A DNA stretch of 64,000 bases from Eledone cirrhosa (taxonomy: Eukaryota), in the NCBI GenBank assembly GCA_964016885.1, contig OZ024740.1, forward strand, positions 44,640,001-44,704,000. Reading direction: 5' to 3'. Shown here one piece after another: positions 1 through 12,166 of this stretch. The first letter of the stretch is position 1. Each line of letters starts with the position of its first letter. Below the pieces are notes generated by a model. It was not told where the DNA came from and did not search any database. It was given only the letters and a program-made list of their open reading frames with translations. Position numbers and translations under genes: made by a program.

Positions 1-1395
1 GCCTTAATTGACCCCTCCACCTTACTGTTCCACCACCATGTTACTCTCCTCCTGCCTACAGGCCTGCTCCAGCCACAGACTTCGTCTGTCGCCATCAGCA
101 GGTTTGCTTTCAGAAATTCCCACTGTCCCTCTATATTGTCCGACTCTAAATGTTCTTCCTTACTGTCGAAAGCATCAAGTAATATGCTTTGATATTTATT
201 TCTGGCTGTGGGGTCCTTTAGCTTCCATATTTTTCTCCTGAGGATAGTCCTCTTCTGCTGTCGAGTACGTCTCATCCTGACTATGAGGTCGCTAATTAAC
301 AGTCTATGTTGGGAGGTGCATTCTTCATGGGGGAGGGATTTAGTGTTTACAACAGACACTCTGTCACATCTTCTGGTAAGGATATAATCTACCTGGCTTG
401 TGTGTTCCCCGGATCTATAGGTGATCAGGTGATTGTCACGTTTTTTGAAGTTAGTGTTACAGATAGTTAGGTTATTTGCATCACAGAATTCCAGGATTCT
501 GGAGCCTTCCTCATTTCTAGTACCAAACCCATAGCCTCCATGGATTTCGTCGTAGCCGTCACAATGTTGTCCAACGTGACCATTTAGGTCGCCTGCAATA
601 ATTATATAGTCACTGTCGGATATTTGGGAGGTAGTTAGCATCAGTGTCTCATAGAATCTGTCTTTTATAGTGCCGGGCAGTCCGGATTGGGGTGCGTACG
701 CAGATATTACTGTCACCGTAGTTCTATTGAGGACAAGTCGTATTTTAATTATTCTGTCGTTCACTCTATTTACGTCTATTATCTTATCTGCCCACTTTTC
801 TGCTACCATGATTCCTACTCCACCCAGCCCATCGTCGTTTCCCACCCAGAAAAGCTTATAACATCGTTTTTTACCCTCAATGAATCTAGCAGACCCACCC
901 CTCCACCTGGTCTCTTGAATACAACAAACATCGACCTCCTTACGTTCAAGAATTTCTACAACCTCGTTAGCGCGAACCTTTAGGGTGCCTACATTTATGG
1001 TACCAACTCTGAAGTTTTGGATTGCGTTTCGGGGTTGGGGGCGGTGGGGGTGGGGGGGATAGGGGGGGGGGGGGGGGGGGGGGGTTATGTTAGCCGTCCG
1101 CGGTCGAAACAATGAGGAGTGCTCGCATTCTCGTCCATGAGGTGAATTTGTCTTTATCTTTATCTTTGGCATTGTCGCTGAGCGTCCAGATTTTTCTCTC
1201 TCTCCTCCACTCTCCAGGATTCCGCAGTCCATCCATCCATCATATATCAAAAGGCAACCAGGCAAGCGATAGTATAGGCCTCTGGCTTATGATTGGTCCG
1301 CGTGATAATAATACTGGTGATGCGTGGGGTCTGGCTTATGATTGGTCCACGTAATAACAATGGTGGTGCGTGGGGGCGGGAGGGAGGGGTGTTGG
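1..1395 (-). mobile_element. RTE-clade LINE, 5' end: putative 5'UTR plus APE endonuclease domain running off the window edge
   Basis: Manual minus-strand translation from ~1018 gives FRVGTINVGTLK..DVCCIQETRWRGG..SAYAPQSG..IAGDLNGHVG..ECTSQHRLL, which are APE motifs, and it is homologous to ORF 8362-9093. The ORF track misses it because no stop occurs before base 1. Confidence 0.9.
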
Positions 1396-1411
1396 GTATA
1401 TATATATATTA

Positions 1412-1451
<40 letters not shown>

Positions 1452-1570
1452 TTTTTAAGTATTTCCGTAGAAATAGATTCTGGAAACTTTTGGTAATGGA
1501 ATAATTATATTGTGTTGTTTATTATATAAATAATAATAATAATAATAATTGTTATTATTATTATTATTAT

Positions 1571-1752
1571 TATTTCTACTTTTGGCACAAAGCCACCAAT
1601 TATCCCAGTGCATTACTGGTACTTTATTTTATTGACCCCGTAAGGTTGAAAGGCAAAGTTAACCTCGGCGAGATTTGAACTCAGACCATAAAGGGCCGTA
1701 ACTCTTTGCTGCAAAGCATGGCGTCCGACCCTCTACTGATACTGCCAATCCA
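1571..1752 (-). mobile_element. tRNA-headed SINE family 1 (~185 bp)
   Basis: A-box-like TGGCAGTATC, B box GAGTTCAAATC, central GAGGTTAACTTTGCCTTTCA..GGGGTCAATAAAATAAAGTACCAG and an AAT/ATT tail. About ten related copies lie in the window. Confidence 0.85.
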
Positions 1753-1791
1753 TAATAATAATAATATATATTATTATTATTATTATTATTA

Positions 1792-1844
<53 letters not shown>

Positions 1845-1851
1845 CATATAC

Positions 1852-1938
<87 letters not shown>

Positions 1939-1941
<3 letters not shown>

Positions 1942-2262
1942 TCATCATCATTTTACGTCCGCTTTTCCCTGCTTGCAAGGGTGGGACGAGAACTGATTCT
2001 GGCTTGATTTCTACAGCTGGATGCCCTTACAAACACCAACCTCATTTACAGTGAGTGCTGGGTGCTTTTTTTTACCGTGGCACCTCCACGACCACTTTGC
2101 AGTGGAATGATAGGGACCCCAGTCCTATCATCTCCTTTCTACAGCTGAGTAAACTGGAGCAATTTGAAATAAAGTGTCTTGCTCAAGGAAACAACACATC
2201 ACCCGGTCTGAGAATTGAACTCACAACCTTTCGATTGCTCTAACCACTAAGCCGTGTGCCTC
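1939..2262 (-). mobile_element. SINE family 2: tRNA head, CORE-like centre, RTE-derived tail with (GAT)n
   Basis: A box GGCTTAGTGGTTAGAGC, B box GAGTTCAATTC and CORE-like TTCCTTGAGCAAGACACTT. The 3' part matches the RTE 3'UTR at 11280-11550. Confidence 0.85.
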
Positions 2263-2263
2263 C

Positions 2264-2324
<61 letters not shown>

Positions 2325-2327
<3 letters not shown>

Positions 2328-2640
2328 TCATCATCGTTTAACGTCCATCTTCCACGCTTGCATGGGTTTGGACGGGAGTTTTCCCACTTGAGGCAAGATT
2401 GGTTGTCTTGCTCATATAGGACTGTCTGGCGGGTTTTCTATGGCTGGATGCCCTTCCTAACACCAACCACGTTTACGGTGTGGACTCGGAGGTTTTTACC
2501 GTGTTACCTACATGGCCACATTACAGCATGGACTGTGTGTTTTTTTTGTTGTGACACCTACATGACCTCATTTGTTTCAGACTGGATGTTGTGGTACCAA
2601 CATAACTTCACATTGAAGGGGGTGGTTTGGATGGGAAGGG
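2325..2640 (-). mobile_element. RTE 3'UTR fragment
   Basis: The minus strand reads GGTGTTAGGAAGGGCATCCAGCC...AACCCATGCAAGCGTGGAAGATGGACGTTAAACGATGATG, matching 11380-11550. Confidence 0.7.
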
Positions 2641-2862
2641 ATATATATATATATATATATATATTTCGTTTCTGAATTTGTTTAGCAAGATTCTTTATGT
2701 GAAAACGTGTGTTGAAACCAATATTGTTATGCTTTGGGAGGGTCATGTTGCCAATAAGAAGCACATGCACCAGTTGCTTTCACTTCAATTTATTATAAAT
2801 TAAATTTATAAATTTCCGGTTGGTTGGTTGGGTCCATAACCAGACGATTGTTCATATATATT

Positions 2863-2905
2863 GTCAAAGTTCTTTCGTCACGCATTCTGTGACCTCTTCA
2901 GTGAC
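2863..2905 (-). ncRNA. Minimal type I hammerhead ribozyme motif
   Basis: GTCA-CTGAAGA-G-GTCAC-AGAATGC-GTGAC-GAAA-G-AA-C-TT-TGAC: helix I GTCA/TGAC, intact core, helix II and a very short helix III. Confidence 0.7.
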
Positions 2906-3338
2906 TGGGATTATTTTCTTTGCTTTTGTTCCTCTCCTTTGTTGTGCCCTATGCCATCTTGCTTTTGTGTGTGTTGTGTGCTTAGTTTGCGCATGTGTTA
3001 CATCCGGGTGTCTGTGTGTGTTTATATTTGTTTATTTATTTGTTTATTTACATGTTACTGGTTGGTTGTTTGTTCTATGAACTCCAACCAAAATTAAATA
3101 GAAATCATGAATGGAACAGCAACATCACAACTTACAATTAAGGACAAAAGGAAAACATACACACACATAGAACAAACAACCAACCAGTAACATGTAAATA
3201 AACAAATAAATAAACAAATATAAACACACACAGACACCTGGATGTAACACATGCACAAACTAAGCACACAACACACAAAAACAAGATGGTGTAGGACACA
3301 ACAAAGGAGAGGCACAAAAACAAAGAAAATAATCCCCA

Positions 3339-3381
3339 GTCACTGAAGAGGTCACAGAATGTGTGACGAAAGAACTTTGAC
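3339..3381 (+). ncRNA. Minimal type I hammerhead ribozyme motif
   Basis: GTCA-CTGAAGA-G-GTCACA-GAATG-TGTGAC-GAAA-G-AA-C-TT-TGAC; predicted cleavage after CUU. Confidence 0.72.
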
Positions 3382-3689
3382 AATATATATGAACAATCGT
3401 CTGGTTGTGGAACCAACCAACCAACCGGAAATTTATAAATTCCTAAATTTATGAATTTAATTTATAATAAATTGAAGTGAAAGCAACTGGTGCGTGTGTT
3501 TTTTATTGGCAACATGACCCTCCCAAAGTATAACAATATACATATATACATATATATATATATATACATACATATATATACGTAAGTAAAGAAAGCAAAA
3601 AGAAAAAATGAAAAGAGAAAAATTATATGTATAGATATATATATATATATCTATACATATAATGATATATACATATATATCATACATAT

Positions 3690-3872
3690 AATTGTTTCTA
3701 CTTTAGGCACAAGGCCAGCAATGACCCAGTTCATTACTGGTACTTTATTTTATCGACCCCGTAAGGATGAAAGGCAAAGTTAACCTCAGCGGGATTTGAA
3801 CTCAGATCATAAAGGGACGTAGCTCTATGCTTCAAAGCATGGTGTCCGACTCTCTACCGATACTGCCAATCC
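3690..3872 (-). mobile_element. SINE family 1 copy
   Basis: Near-identical to 1571-1752. Confidence 0.85.
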
Positions 3873-3874
3873 AA

Positions 3875-5255
3875 TCATCATCATCATTTTACGTCAGCTT
3901 TTCCCAGCTTGCAAGTGTGGGACGGATCCTATTCAGCACACCATCTCTCCACTTGTTACTGTCCTTCATCACCTCTTCCGTGAGCTTTGTGGTCTTCCTC
4001 TACTGTGTCTTCCTTCCACTGATATTTCTTGGCACTTCTTTACCCAGCGGTCATCCTCCATGCATATCACATATCTATACCATCTCAGTCTTCTCTCCTG
4101 CACACTACAACTCATCCCTCTTATACACAGTTTCTCTCTCAACTCATCCATGCTTGGTCGTTCACGTAGATTGACATTACGCATCCAACGGAGAATGCTT
4201 GCTTCATTTCTCTTCAGCCGTCACATATCCTCTGCAGTTGCTGCCCATGTCTCACTACCATGCAGCATCGCGCATCTCGCACAGGCATCATATAACTGGC
4301 CTTTCGTATGCAGGGGGAAACCCTTCTTTGTCAGCAGAGGAAGCAGCTCCCTAAACTTCTTCCAACCCGTCCTTATTCTAGGTACTATGGCCTCAGAACA
4401 TCCACCCCTCTCCCATTTTAATCTGATCACCTATGTACTGGAAGCTATCAACCACTTCTATAGAACCCGCCTGCATTTGAATAATGTGTCTATCACTGCG
4501 ACTTCTACTGTAAAATTTCCCTGTACATCTACTGCATACATATTTTTCTCTACCTGTTAGTTTGCCTACTATCCCACTACATCTCTTGTATACCCAAGAT
4601 CTGCATTGTGTACATTTTATATAATTTATGCCAGTTCCTTTTTTACATATCGAACATGGCCATTTCCCTGATGGACTCAGAGTTTTGTCCTCTTTTCTAC
4701 TTATCAACACTTTTGTCTTAGCTAGGTTCACTCTCATTCCTCTTGATTCCAACTACTGTTTCCATAGCCAGAATCTAATCTCCAGCTCCTATACTGATTC
4801 TGCTATAAGAACCAGATTGTCAGCATAGAGAAGTTCCCATCAGCAGCCAGTCTTAAACTCCTCTGTTATGGGTTGGAGGACTATAATGAACAAGAGCGGG
4901 CTGAGAACCAAACCCTGATGTACTCCTACTTGTATCTGGAATTCCTCACAAAACTCCATTCCTACCCTCACTTTACTGACAGCACCTCTGTACAAAGCTT
5001 GCACTGTCCTCACAAGCCATTCCTCAACACCTAGTTTCCTTAGGGACAACCAGATGACAGATTGGTGTACCCTATCAAAGGCCTTCTCTAGGTCAACAAA
5101 AACTAAGTATAGTGGTTTATTCATCCCTAAGAACCTCTCTTGTAGTTGTCTCACTAAGAAGAGGGCATCTGTTGTACTTTTCCCAGGCACAAAACCAAAC
5201 TGCATCTCATCTAGTTTGACCCTTTCTCTAATTAGTTGTACTATTATCCTTTCTG
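3875..5255 (-). mobile_element. 5'-truncated, degenerate RTE LINE (RT, PHD finger, thumb, short 3'UTR)
   Basis: ORF pieces 4840-5385 (MQFGFVPGKSTTDALF, FVDLEKAFDRV, GVHQG), 4393-4752, 4221-4430 and 3969-4184 are colinear with ORF 9187-11220. Frameshifts and a (GAT)n tail are present. Confidence 0.9.
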
Positions 5256-5275
5256 TATATATGTATATATATATG

Positions 5276-5311
<36 letters not shown>

Positions 5312-5326
5312 TATGTATATATAATG

Positions 5327-5668
5327 AAGGCACATGGCTTAGTGGTTAGAGCATTGGACTTGCAATCGAAAGATTGTGAGATCAATTCTCAGACCGGGTG
5401 ATGTGTTGTTTCTTTGAGCAAGACACTTTATTTCACATTGCTCCAGTTTACTCAGCTGTAGAAATGAGATGATAGGGACTGGGGTCCATATCATTCCACT
5501 GCAAAGTGGTCGTGGAGGTGCCACGGCAAAAAAGCACTCTAGCACTCACTGTAAATGAGGTTGATGTTAGGAAGGGCATCCAGCTGTAGAAATCAAGCCA
5601 GAATCAGTTCCCGTCCCACCCTTGCAAGCACGGAAAAGCGAATGTAAAATGATGGTGATGATGATGAT
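5327..5668 (+). mobile_element. SINE family 2 copy (CORE-like, RTE tail)
   Basis: Homologous to 1939-2262 and 60559-60900. Confidence 0.85.
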
Positions 5669-6019
5669 ACAATCATATATATATATATTTATTTATTTAT
5701 TTATTTATATCCATGTGTTATTGAAGGACATGAGAAAAAGTACACAATACCAAAGTGGAGTAAATATACATTAACTATGGCTAAGCAGTCAGCCTTGTTA
5801 CTCATGAACTTCACCTGAGTACTTGCAGGATCAACAGGTTCCTGCGAATGCACAGGTAAAGTTCCAGAGTAACAAAGCTGACTGCTTAGCAATAATAAAT
5901 AAATAAATATATATATACTCTGCTATGTATTGAGTACCTTACTTACTGCGGTTACCCCCAATTGAACCTGGGATATACACACACACACATATATATATAT
6001 ATATATTTAATATAAAAAA

Positions 6020-6070
6020 GGCTTCTACAGGATTAGAACTGTTCCTTTTGGGAGAAATCATCAGGAAGCC
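6020..6070 (-). ncRNA. Degenerate type I hammerhead-like motif
   Basis: GGCTTC-CTGATGA-[weak helix II]-GGAA-CAG-loop-CTG-TA-GAAGCC. Helix I is a perfect 6 bp, but GAAA is mutated to GGAA. Confidence 0.45.
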
Positions 6071-6474
6071 GACTGTCCAAGTAATATTGGGGTATTTATA
6101 TCTTTTCTGGTGCTAGGAGAGGGTGGTGATTGGCATGGGCGGAGGTCATTGGTTGATGGGTTTAAAGAAAAGGAAATTCTTTAAAAACTATATTTAGAGT
6201 AACAAAGACAGAAAGAATTCTATAGACAGGTTCACTCTGGGGGCGCCACTCCTGATTTTTAAGGTTCACTTAAGCTAACAATGCCTATGGTCAGGTGTCT
6301 ACAAACACATTCACACACACACACATATAAAGCCCTCACTCCCACAAACTCGCACAAACACACACTATTATACCTATATATATATATATATATATATTAC
6401 CCACTCTACTACCCTAAGTATTGAGTACTTTGGTGCGTTATGGTCCACCTGGTTCCTTACCACATTTCCTTCGT

Positions 6475-6507
<33 letters not shown>

Positions 6508-6512
6508 ATACA

Positions 6513-7376
6513 TATCATCATCATCATCATCATCATTTTACGTCCGCTTTTCCCTTCTTGCAAGGGTGGGACAGGTCCTATTCAGCACAGTATCTCTCCA
6601 CTTGTCACAGTCCTTCGTCATCTCCTCTGTGAGCTTCAGAAATCTGAGGTCTGCTCTCACCACCTCCGCCCATGTTTTTCATGGTCTTCCTCTACTGCGT
6701 CTTCCTTCTACTGGGATTTCTTGGCACTTCTTTACTCAGCGGTCATCCTCCATGCGCATCACATGTCCATACCATCTCAGTCTTCTCTCCTGCACACCAC
6801 AACTTATCCCTCTTATACCCAGTTTCTCTCTCAACTCATCTATGCTTGGTCATTCATGCACATCCAATGGAGCATGCTTGCTTCATTTCTCTCCAGCCAT
6901 CCCATATCCTCTGTGCATCTCACACAGGCATCATATAACCGGCTTTTCGTATGCAGGGAGAAACCCTTCTTTGTCAACAGAGGAAGCAGCTCCCTAAACT
7001 TCTTCCAGCCCGTCCTTGTTCTAGATACTATAGCCTCGGAACACCCGCCTCCCATGTCAATCTGATCATCTAGGTACCAGAAGCTATCAACCACTTCAAT
7101 AGAACCCACCTGCATTTGAAAAATGTGTCTATCACTGCGATTACTACTGTCAACTTTCCCTGTACATCTACTGCATACATAGTTTTCGCTACCTGTTAGT
7201 TTGCCTGCTATCCCACTACATCTCTTGTGTACCCCAAGATCTGCATTGCATACATTTTATAGAATTTATGCCAGTTCATTTTCTACATATCGAATATGGC
7301 CATTTCCCTGACGGAATCAGAGTTTTGTCCTCTTTTCTACTTATCAACACTTTTGTCTTAGCTATGTTCACTCTCA
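6513..7376 (-). mobile_element. RTE LINE 3' fragment (same subfamily as 3875-5255)
   Basis: ORFs 6840-7115 and 7276-7521 contain GKWP..CRK and RTGWKKFRELLPLL; (GAT)n tail. Confidence 0.88.
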
Positions 7377-7509
7377 TACATACATATATCCACACATATA
7401 TACACAGATACATACAAATAAATACACACACACACACCCAATATATACATATATATATACATACATACACACACATATACCGAAATGGACTCAACAATTG
7501 ATCTCCATG

Positions 7510-7880
7510 TGGGTCTGTCATTCATTGCCCTTAACAAGTCCTGGATTTCTATACCAGATCCTCTGGAGATGACATCGGGGTAGGAGAGCTTGTGCCCCCC
7601 AGTTATTAGTGACTGCTTGTGGTTTCCAAAACACTAATGGGGACACAGCCGCATAGGTGGCACGATGGCAGTGGCCAGCAAATCTTACTCTCCTCTTACG
7701 TACAATGACAGATATGTGTGGGAGGCTGGCATATATCTCTCTCAAAGGCAGACGTCGCCAGCTTATGTTCTGAATGTGTTGAAGCAGGTGAGTGTAAGCC
7801 ATCAAGGTGCTTTTCTTGTTTGGATGTTTCACTTCCATATAGCAAGATTGGTTGAATTGTTACTCGGAAAAGTCTGATTT
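7510..7880 (-). mobile_element. Degenerate non-LTR RT thumb fragment, distinct RTE/RTE-X-like family
   Basis: KIRLFRVTIQPILLYGSET and NISWRR..IYASLPHISVIVRKRRVRFAGHC. Confidence 0.7.
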
Positions 7881-8115
7881 TACTTATGAAGATCATCTGA
7901 TGATGCTCATTTGCATACAGAGGAAAAGCTGGCAGATGCAAATTAATAAGCAGTAGTAATGCTCTGACATGTGAGATGTAATAGCATGTGAGATGTAATG
8001 TGTGTGTGTGTACAAATATAATTAGGAATGGATTTCCATAGGGAATAGAGATGAAACCACAATTAAATAAATTATTCAATACATTAGTAGACTAGATGCA
8101 CATTTTTGTCATATA

Positions 8116-8162
8116 GACTTTTACAGGCTAGAACTGTTTCACTTATAGGAAATCATCAGGAA
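8116..8162 (-). ncRNA. Degenerate hammerhead-like motif, same family as 6020-6070
   Basis: TTC-CTGATGA-TTTCCTATAAGT-GAAA-CAG-TTCTAGC-CTG-TA-AAAGTC. The core is intact; helices I and II are weak. Confidence 0.4.
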
Positions 8163-8231
8163 ATTCCTGATTTCATAACAATGAAACAATCATAGTCCTC
8201 TAGAAGTCATATATAAGAAATATATTTTCAT

Positions 8232-8292
<61 letters not shown>

Positions 8293-8301
8293 CAATATAT
8301 A

Positions 8302-11300
8302 TGGAAAGGAGAGTCTGCTAGAGTCCTTGTAGGAAAAAGTTGGTGCTACAAATTTTTCTGGGTGGGAAATGACGATGGGATGGGTGGTGTAGGTATACTA
8401 TTAGCTGACAAGTGGGTAGATAAAGTAATCTCAGTGCACAGGGTAAATGCAAGAATCATTAAACTCAGACTAGTCCTGAATAAAACAATTACCACAATAA
8501 TATCAGCTTACGCACCCCAATCGGGGCTGCCAGACAAACTTAAGGATAGGTTTTACGAGTTCCTAATGCACACTACTGCTCTAGCAGACGACAAGGACTT
8601 CCTAATCATTGCAGGAGATTTTAACGGACACGTAGGTAAAAACTGCGACGGCTTCAATAGAGTACATGGAGGCCATGGGGTTGGCACAAGAAATGAGGAA
8701 GGATTCAGACTTCTAGAATTCTGCGACGCCAATGACATGTCGATATGTAACACAGACTTTAAAAAACCCGACAACCACCTAATCACCTATAGATCAGGGG
8801 AGCACTCTAGTCAGATAGATTTTATCCTCATCAGAGAACGTGACAGATGGACGGTCGTAAACACAAAAGACTTCCCTAGTGAGGAATGTACATCCCAACA
8901 TAGCTTAGTTGTCAGCGACCTCACAGTCAGAACTAGACGAACCTGGAAACAGAGGCCAACCTGGAGAAGAAAGATCTGGAAGCTGAAAGTCCCCTCAACC
9001 AGTAACAGATTTAAAGATATTTTACTCAACGCCTACGACAGTAAAGAAGAACAGATAGAGACATTCAATGTAGAAGAGAACTGGGAGTCCTAAAAAATAA
9101 CTTACTAGAGGTGACGGATGAGGTCTGTGGCTGGAGTAAGACCTCAAGCAGGAGGAGAGTGAATTGGTGGTGGAACAATAAGGTAGATGAGGCAGTTAAG
9201 GCCAAGAGACAGGCATGGAAAGAATGGAAGAACGGGGGGGGGGGGGAGCAGGGTACATTACATAGAGACCAAGAGGGAAGCTAGGCAACAAGTATACTTA
9301 GCTAGGAGGGAAGCAGAGGATAGAAAATTCAATCATGTTTTGCAACGTGAGAACCAGAAACAAGAGGTGTTCAAGATTGCGAGGCAGTGTGTCAGAGAGA
9401 ATTGTGATGTCATTGGAGAGAAGTGTATCCGGAATGATAAAGGTGAGCTTGCCCTCACAAGTGCTGAGAAGAAAGATGCATGGAAGAGTCATTATGATAG
9501 ATTACTAAATAAGGAGAATGCATGGGAAGAAGAGACCCTACCCCAAGTAGACCCTATAGAGGGGGCAGCAGTACAAATCAGCAGCAACGTAGTAAGTAAG
9601 GCAATCAAAGATATGAAGATGAGGAAGGCAACCGGTCCATCGGGTATAGCTGCCGAGATGCTGAAGGCATCTGGGTCTGTAGGTCACACTATAACCACAC
9701 GTATTGTTAACCAGGTAATACTAGAAGGTGTCATACCAAAAGATTGGTGCAGTAGTATCATTGTCAACTGCTACAAAGGTAAAGGTGATGCACTAGATAG
9801 AGGAAACTATAGAGGTATAAAGCTGATGGACCAGGTCATGAAAGTAACAGAAAGAGTTATAGCACAGTTGATTAGGGACCGGGTGAAAATAGACGAGATG
9901 CAATTTGGGTTTGTACCAGGAAGAGAAACCACTGATGCCCTCTTCCTTGTGAGGCAGTTACAGGAAAAGTACCTAGCTAAAAGTAAGCCACTCTACTTGG
10001 CATTTGTCAACCTTGAGAAAGCCTTTGACAGAGTTCCATGTGCTGTAATCTGGTGGGCTCTTAGAAAACTAGGAGTAGATGAATGGCTTGTGAAAGCGGT
10101 ACAAGCCATGTATAGGGGAGCAGTCAGCAAAGTTAGGATTAGCAATGAGTATAGCGAGGAATTTAGCGTACAGGTTGGGGTCCACCAGGGCTCTGTTCTT
10201 AGCCCCCTCCTGTTCATCATAGTCCTGCAGGCAATAACAGAGGAGTTTAAGACCGGATGCCCATGGGAACTCCTGTATGCTGATGACCTCACACTTATAG
10301 CTGAATCTATGGTAGAACTAGAGAATAAATTCCAAACTTGGAAGCAGGGACTAGAAAGAAAGGGTCTCAAAGTCAACATGACAAAGACTAAGGTCCTTGT
10401 AAGTAGACAAGAAAACAGAACCCAGATCCCCTCAGGGAAATGGCCTTGCTCAGTATGTAGGAAAGGTGTAAGTAGGAACTCCATTCTCTGCCCCAAATGC
10501 AAACAATGGGTACACAAGAGATGTAGTGGGATCTCAGGAAGCTTAATTAAGAATGTAGGCTTCACATGCAGCAGCTGTGCTGGGACAGCAAGCAGCAAAC
10601 AGCCACAGGAAACAAGTACCACCAATCTCTGGGAGGGCCCTGTAGAAACAGTAGACAGCTTCTGCTACCTAGGTGACCGAATTAGCAGCGGAGGTGGGTG
10701 TTCAGAAAGTACAATAACTAGGGTAAGAACGGGATGGAAGAAGTTTAGGGAACTACTACCACTGCTAGCTGCAAAAGGCTTCTCCCTCAGTAGGAAAGGC
10801 AGACTGTATGATGCGTGTATCCGAACAGCGATGTTGCATGGTAGTGAGACCTGGGCGCTGAAGGTGGAAGACTTACGTAGATTAAAGAGAAACGAAGCCT
10901 GCATGCTCCGATGGATGTGTAACAGTAATATACGTGAACGACAAAGCATAAATGAATTGAGAGAGAGACTGAGCATAAGAGGAATCAAATGCTGTGTGCA
11001 GGAGAGGCGGTTGCGTTGGTATGGACATGTGATGCGTATGAAGGATGACAGCTGCATAAAAAGGTGCAGAGCACTAGAAGTCGATGGAAACCGCGGAGTG
11101 GGGAGACCCAAGAAGACCTGGGATGAGGTGATAAAAGCTGACATTACCCAATTACACCTCTCAAAGGCGATGACACACGACCGTGACCTCTGGCGTCACG
11201 CAGTAATACAGAGTACCTGACCTCCCATGGGTACAAGCTGAAGCATATAGACAATATGCCCCCACACCCCCACCGCAAGATGGTCGTGGAGGTGCCACGG

Positions 11301-11551
11301 CAAAAAAGCACCCAGTCCACACTGTAAAGTGGACGTGTAGGCGCCACGAAAAAGCACCCAGCACTCACTGTAAATGAGGTTGGTGTTAGGAAGGGCATCC
11401 AGATGTAGAAATCAAGCCAAATTAGTTCCTGTATGAGCAAGGCATGGTCAGCTGACCAGACACTGCCCACAACAGGACAACCCGTCTAACCCATGCTAGC
11501 GTGGAAGAACGGACGTAAAACGGTGATGATGATGATGATGATGATGATGAT
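8302..11551 (+). mobile_element. RTE-clade LINE, nearly full length, 5'-truncated in APE, two frameshifts
   Basis: ORF 8362-9093 is APE (SAYAPQ, GDFNGHVG, SQH) and ORF 9187-11220 is RT (NYRGIKL, QGSVLSP, YADD). A 330-bp 3'UTR ends in (GAT)n. Frameshifts lie near the A-run at ~9092 and the G-run at 9234-9246. Flanked by (TA)n. Confidence 0.95.
9187..11220 (+). pseudogene. RTE reverse transcriptase region with internal PHD finger (probably inactive)
   Basis: RT motifs are present, but motif A reads FVNLEKAFD versus FVDLEKAFD in the 4840-5385 copy, so the catalytic Asp is lost. Confidence 0.85.
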
Positions 11552-11863
11552 ATATATAATTAATTGCTGATGATCGTTTCTTCCAGATAATTGTCTGGAA
11601 TCATCGGAGCGTACCCAATGTTTAAACAAGTAATTACATTCCTAGTCTTTAGAACATTCATTAAGATACAATTAAATGTATTAAGCAAAAATGTGATTGT
11701 TTTATATTTTGTATCTCTGATCTGTAATACATCTCATAATTTACATTGTGCTATTTCTCTTACTGTTAATCGGATAGGGCAGCATACTACGCTTTCATAT
11801 TTATAATTATATATAACTCATATAAGTATAAATAATATTATTAGAATATATATATATATATAT

Positions 11864-11906
<43 letters not shown>

Positions 11907-12166
11907 TTTCTTTATTAACCACAAGGGTTTACATAAAGTAGACATTAAGGACAGTGCAGGACAATGCAGGACGGTACAAATGGGCATTTCTGCGTGTAAA
12001 AAAACAAAAACAGAGGATGTAACAAAAATAACAATGAAAATAACAATGAAAAATTCCCCAATAGGGGGGAGACTTCGGAGGGACATTTGTGGAGAAAGCC
12101 CAGTAAAAAGCCACAATGACCCTGACCACCAAGGCAAGTGCCCTCTCCCAGTTTTCCACCTTTAGT

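Larger units (their letters stand above)
2720..3539. repeat. ~360-bp-arm inverted repeat, Penelope-like pseudo-LTR pair
   Basis: 2720-3079 is the reverse complement of 3166-3539, with a ~86-bp spacer. Each arm carries a hammerhead motif. The same terminus recurs at 36331-36367. Confidence 0.85.

Noticed and set aside
1659-1996. ORFs rich in YI/IY/NNN repeats (also 39533-39730, 43621-44695, 58517-58804 and others)
   Set aside because: They are translations of stop-free (TA)n, (CA)n or (AAT)n microsatellites.
5327-5400. tRNA-like sequences as true tRNA genes
   Set aside because: A and B boxes run directly into SINE bodies; no complete cloverleaf or poly-T terminator.
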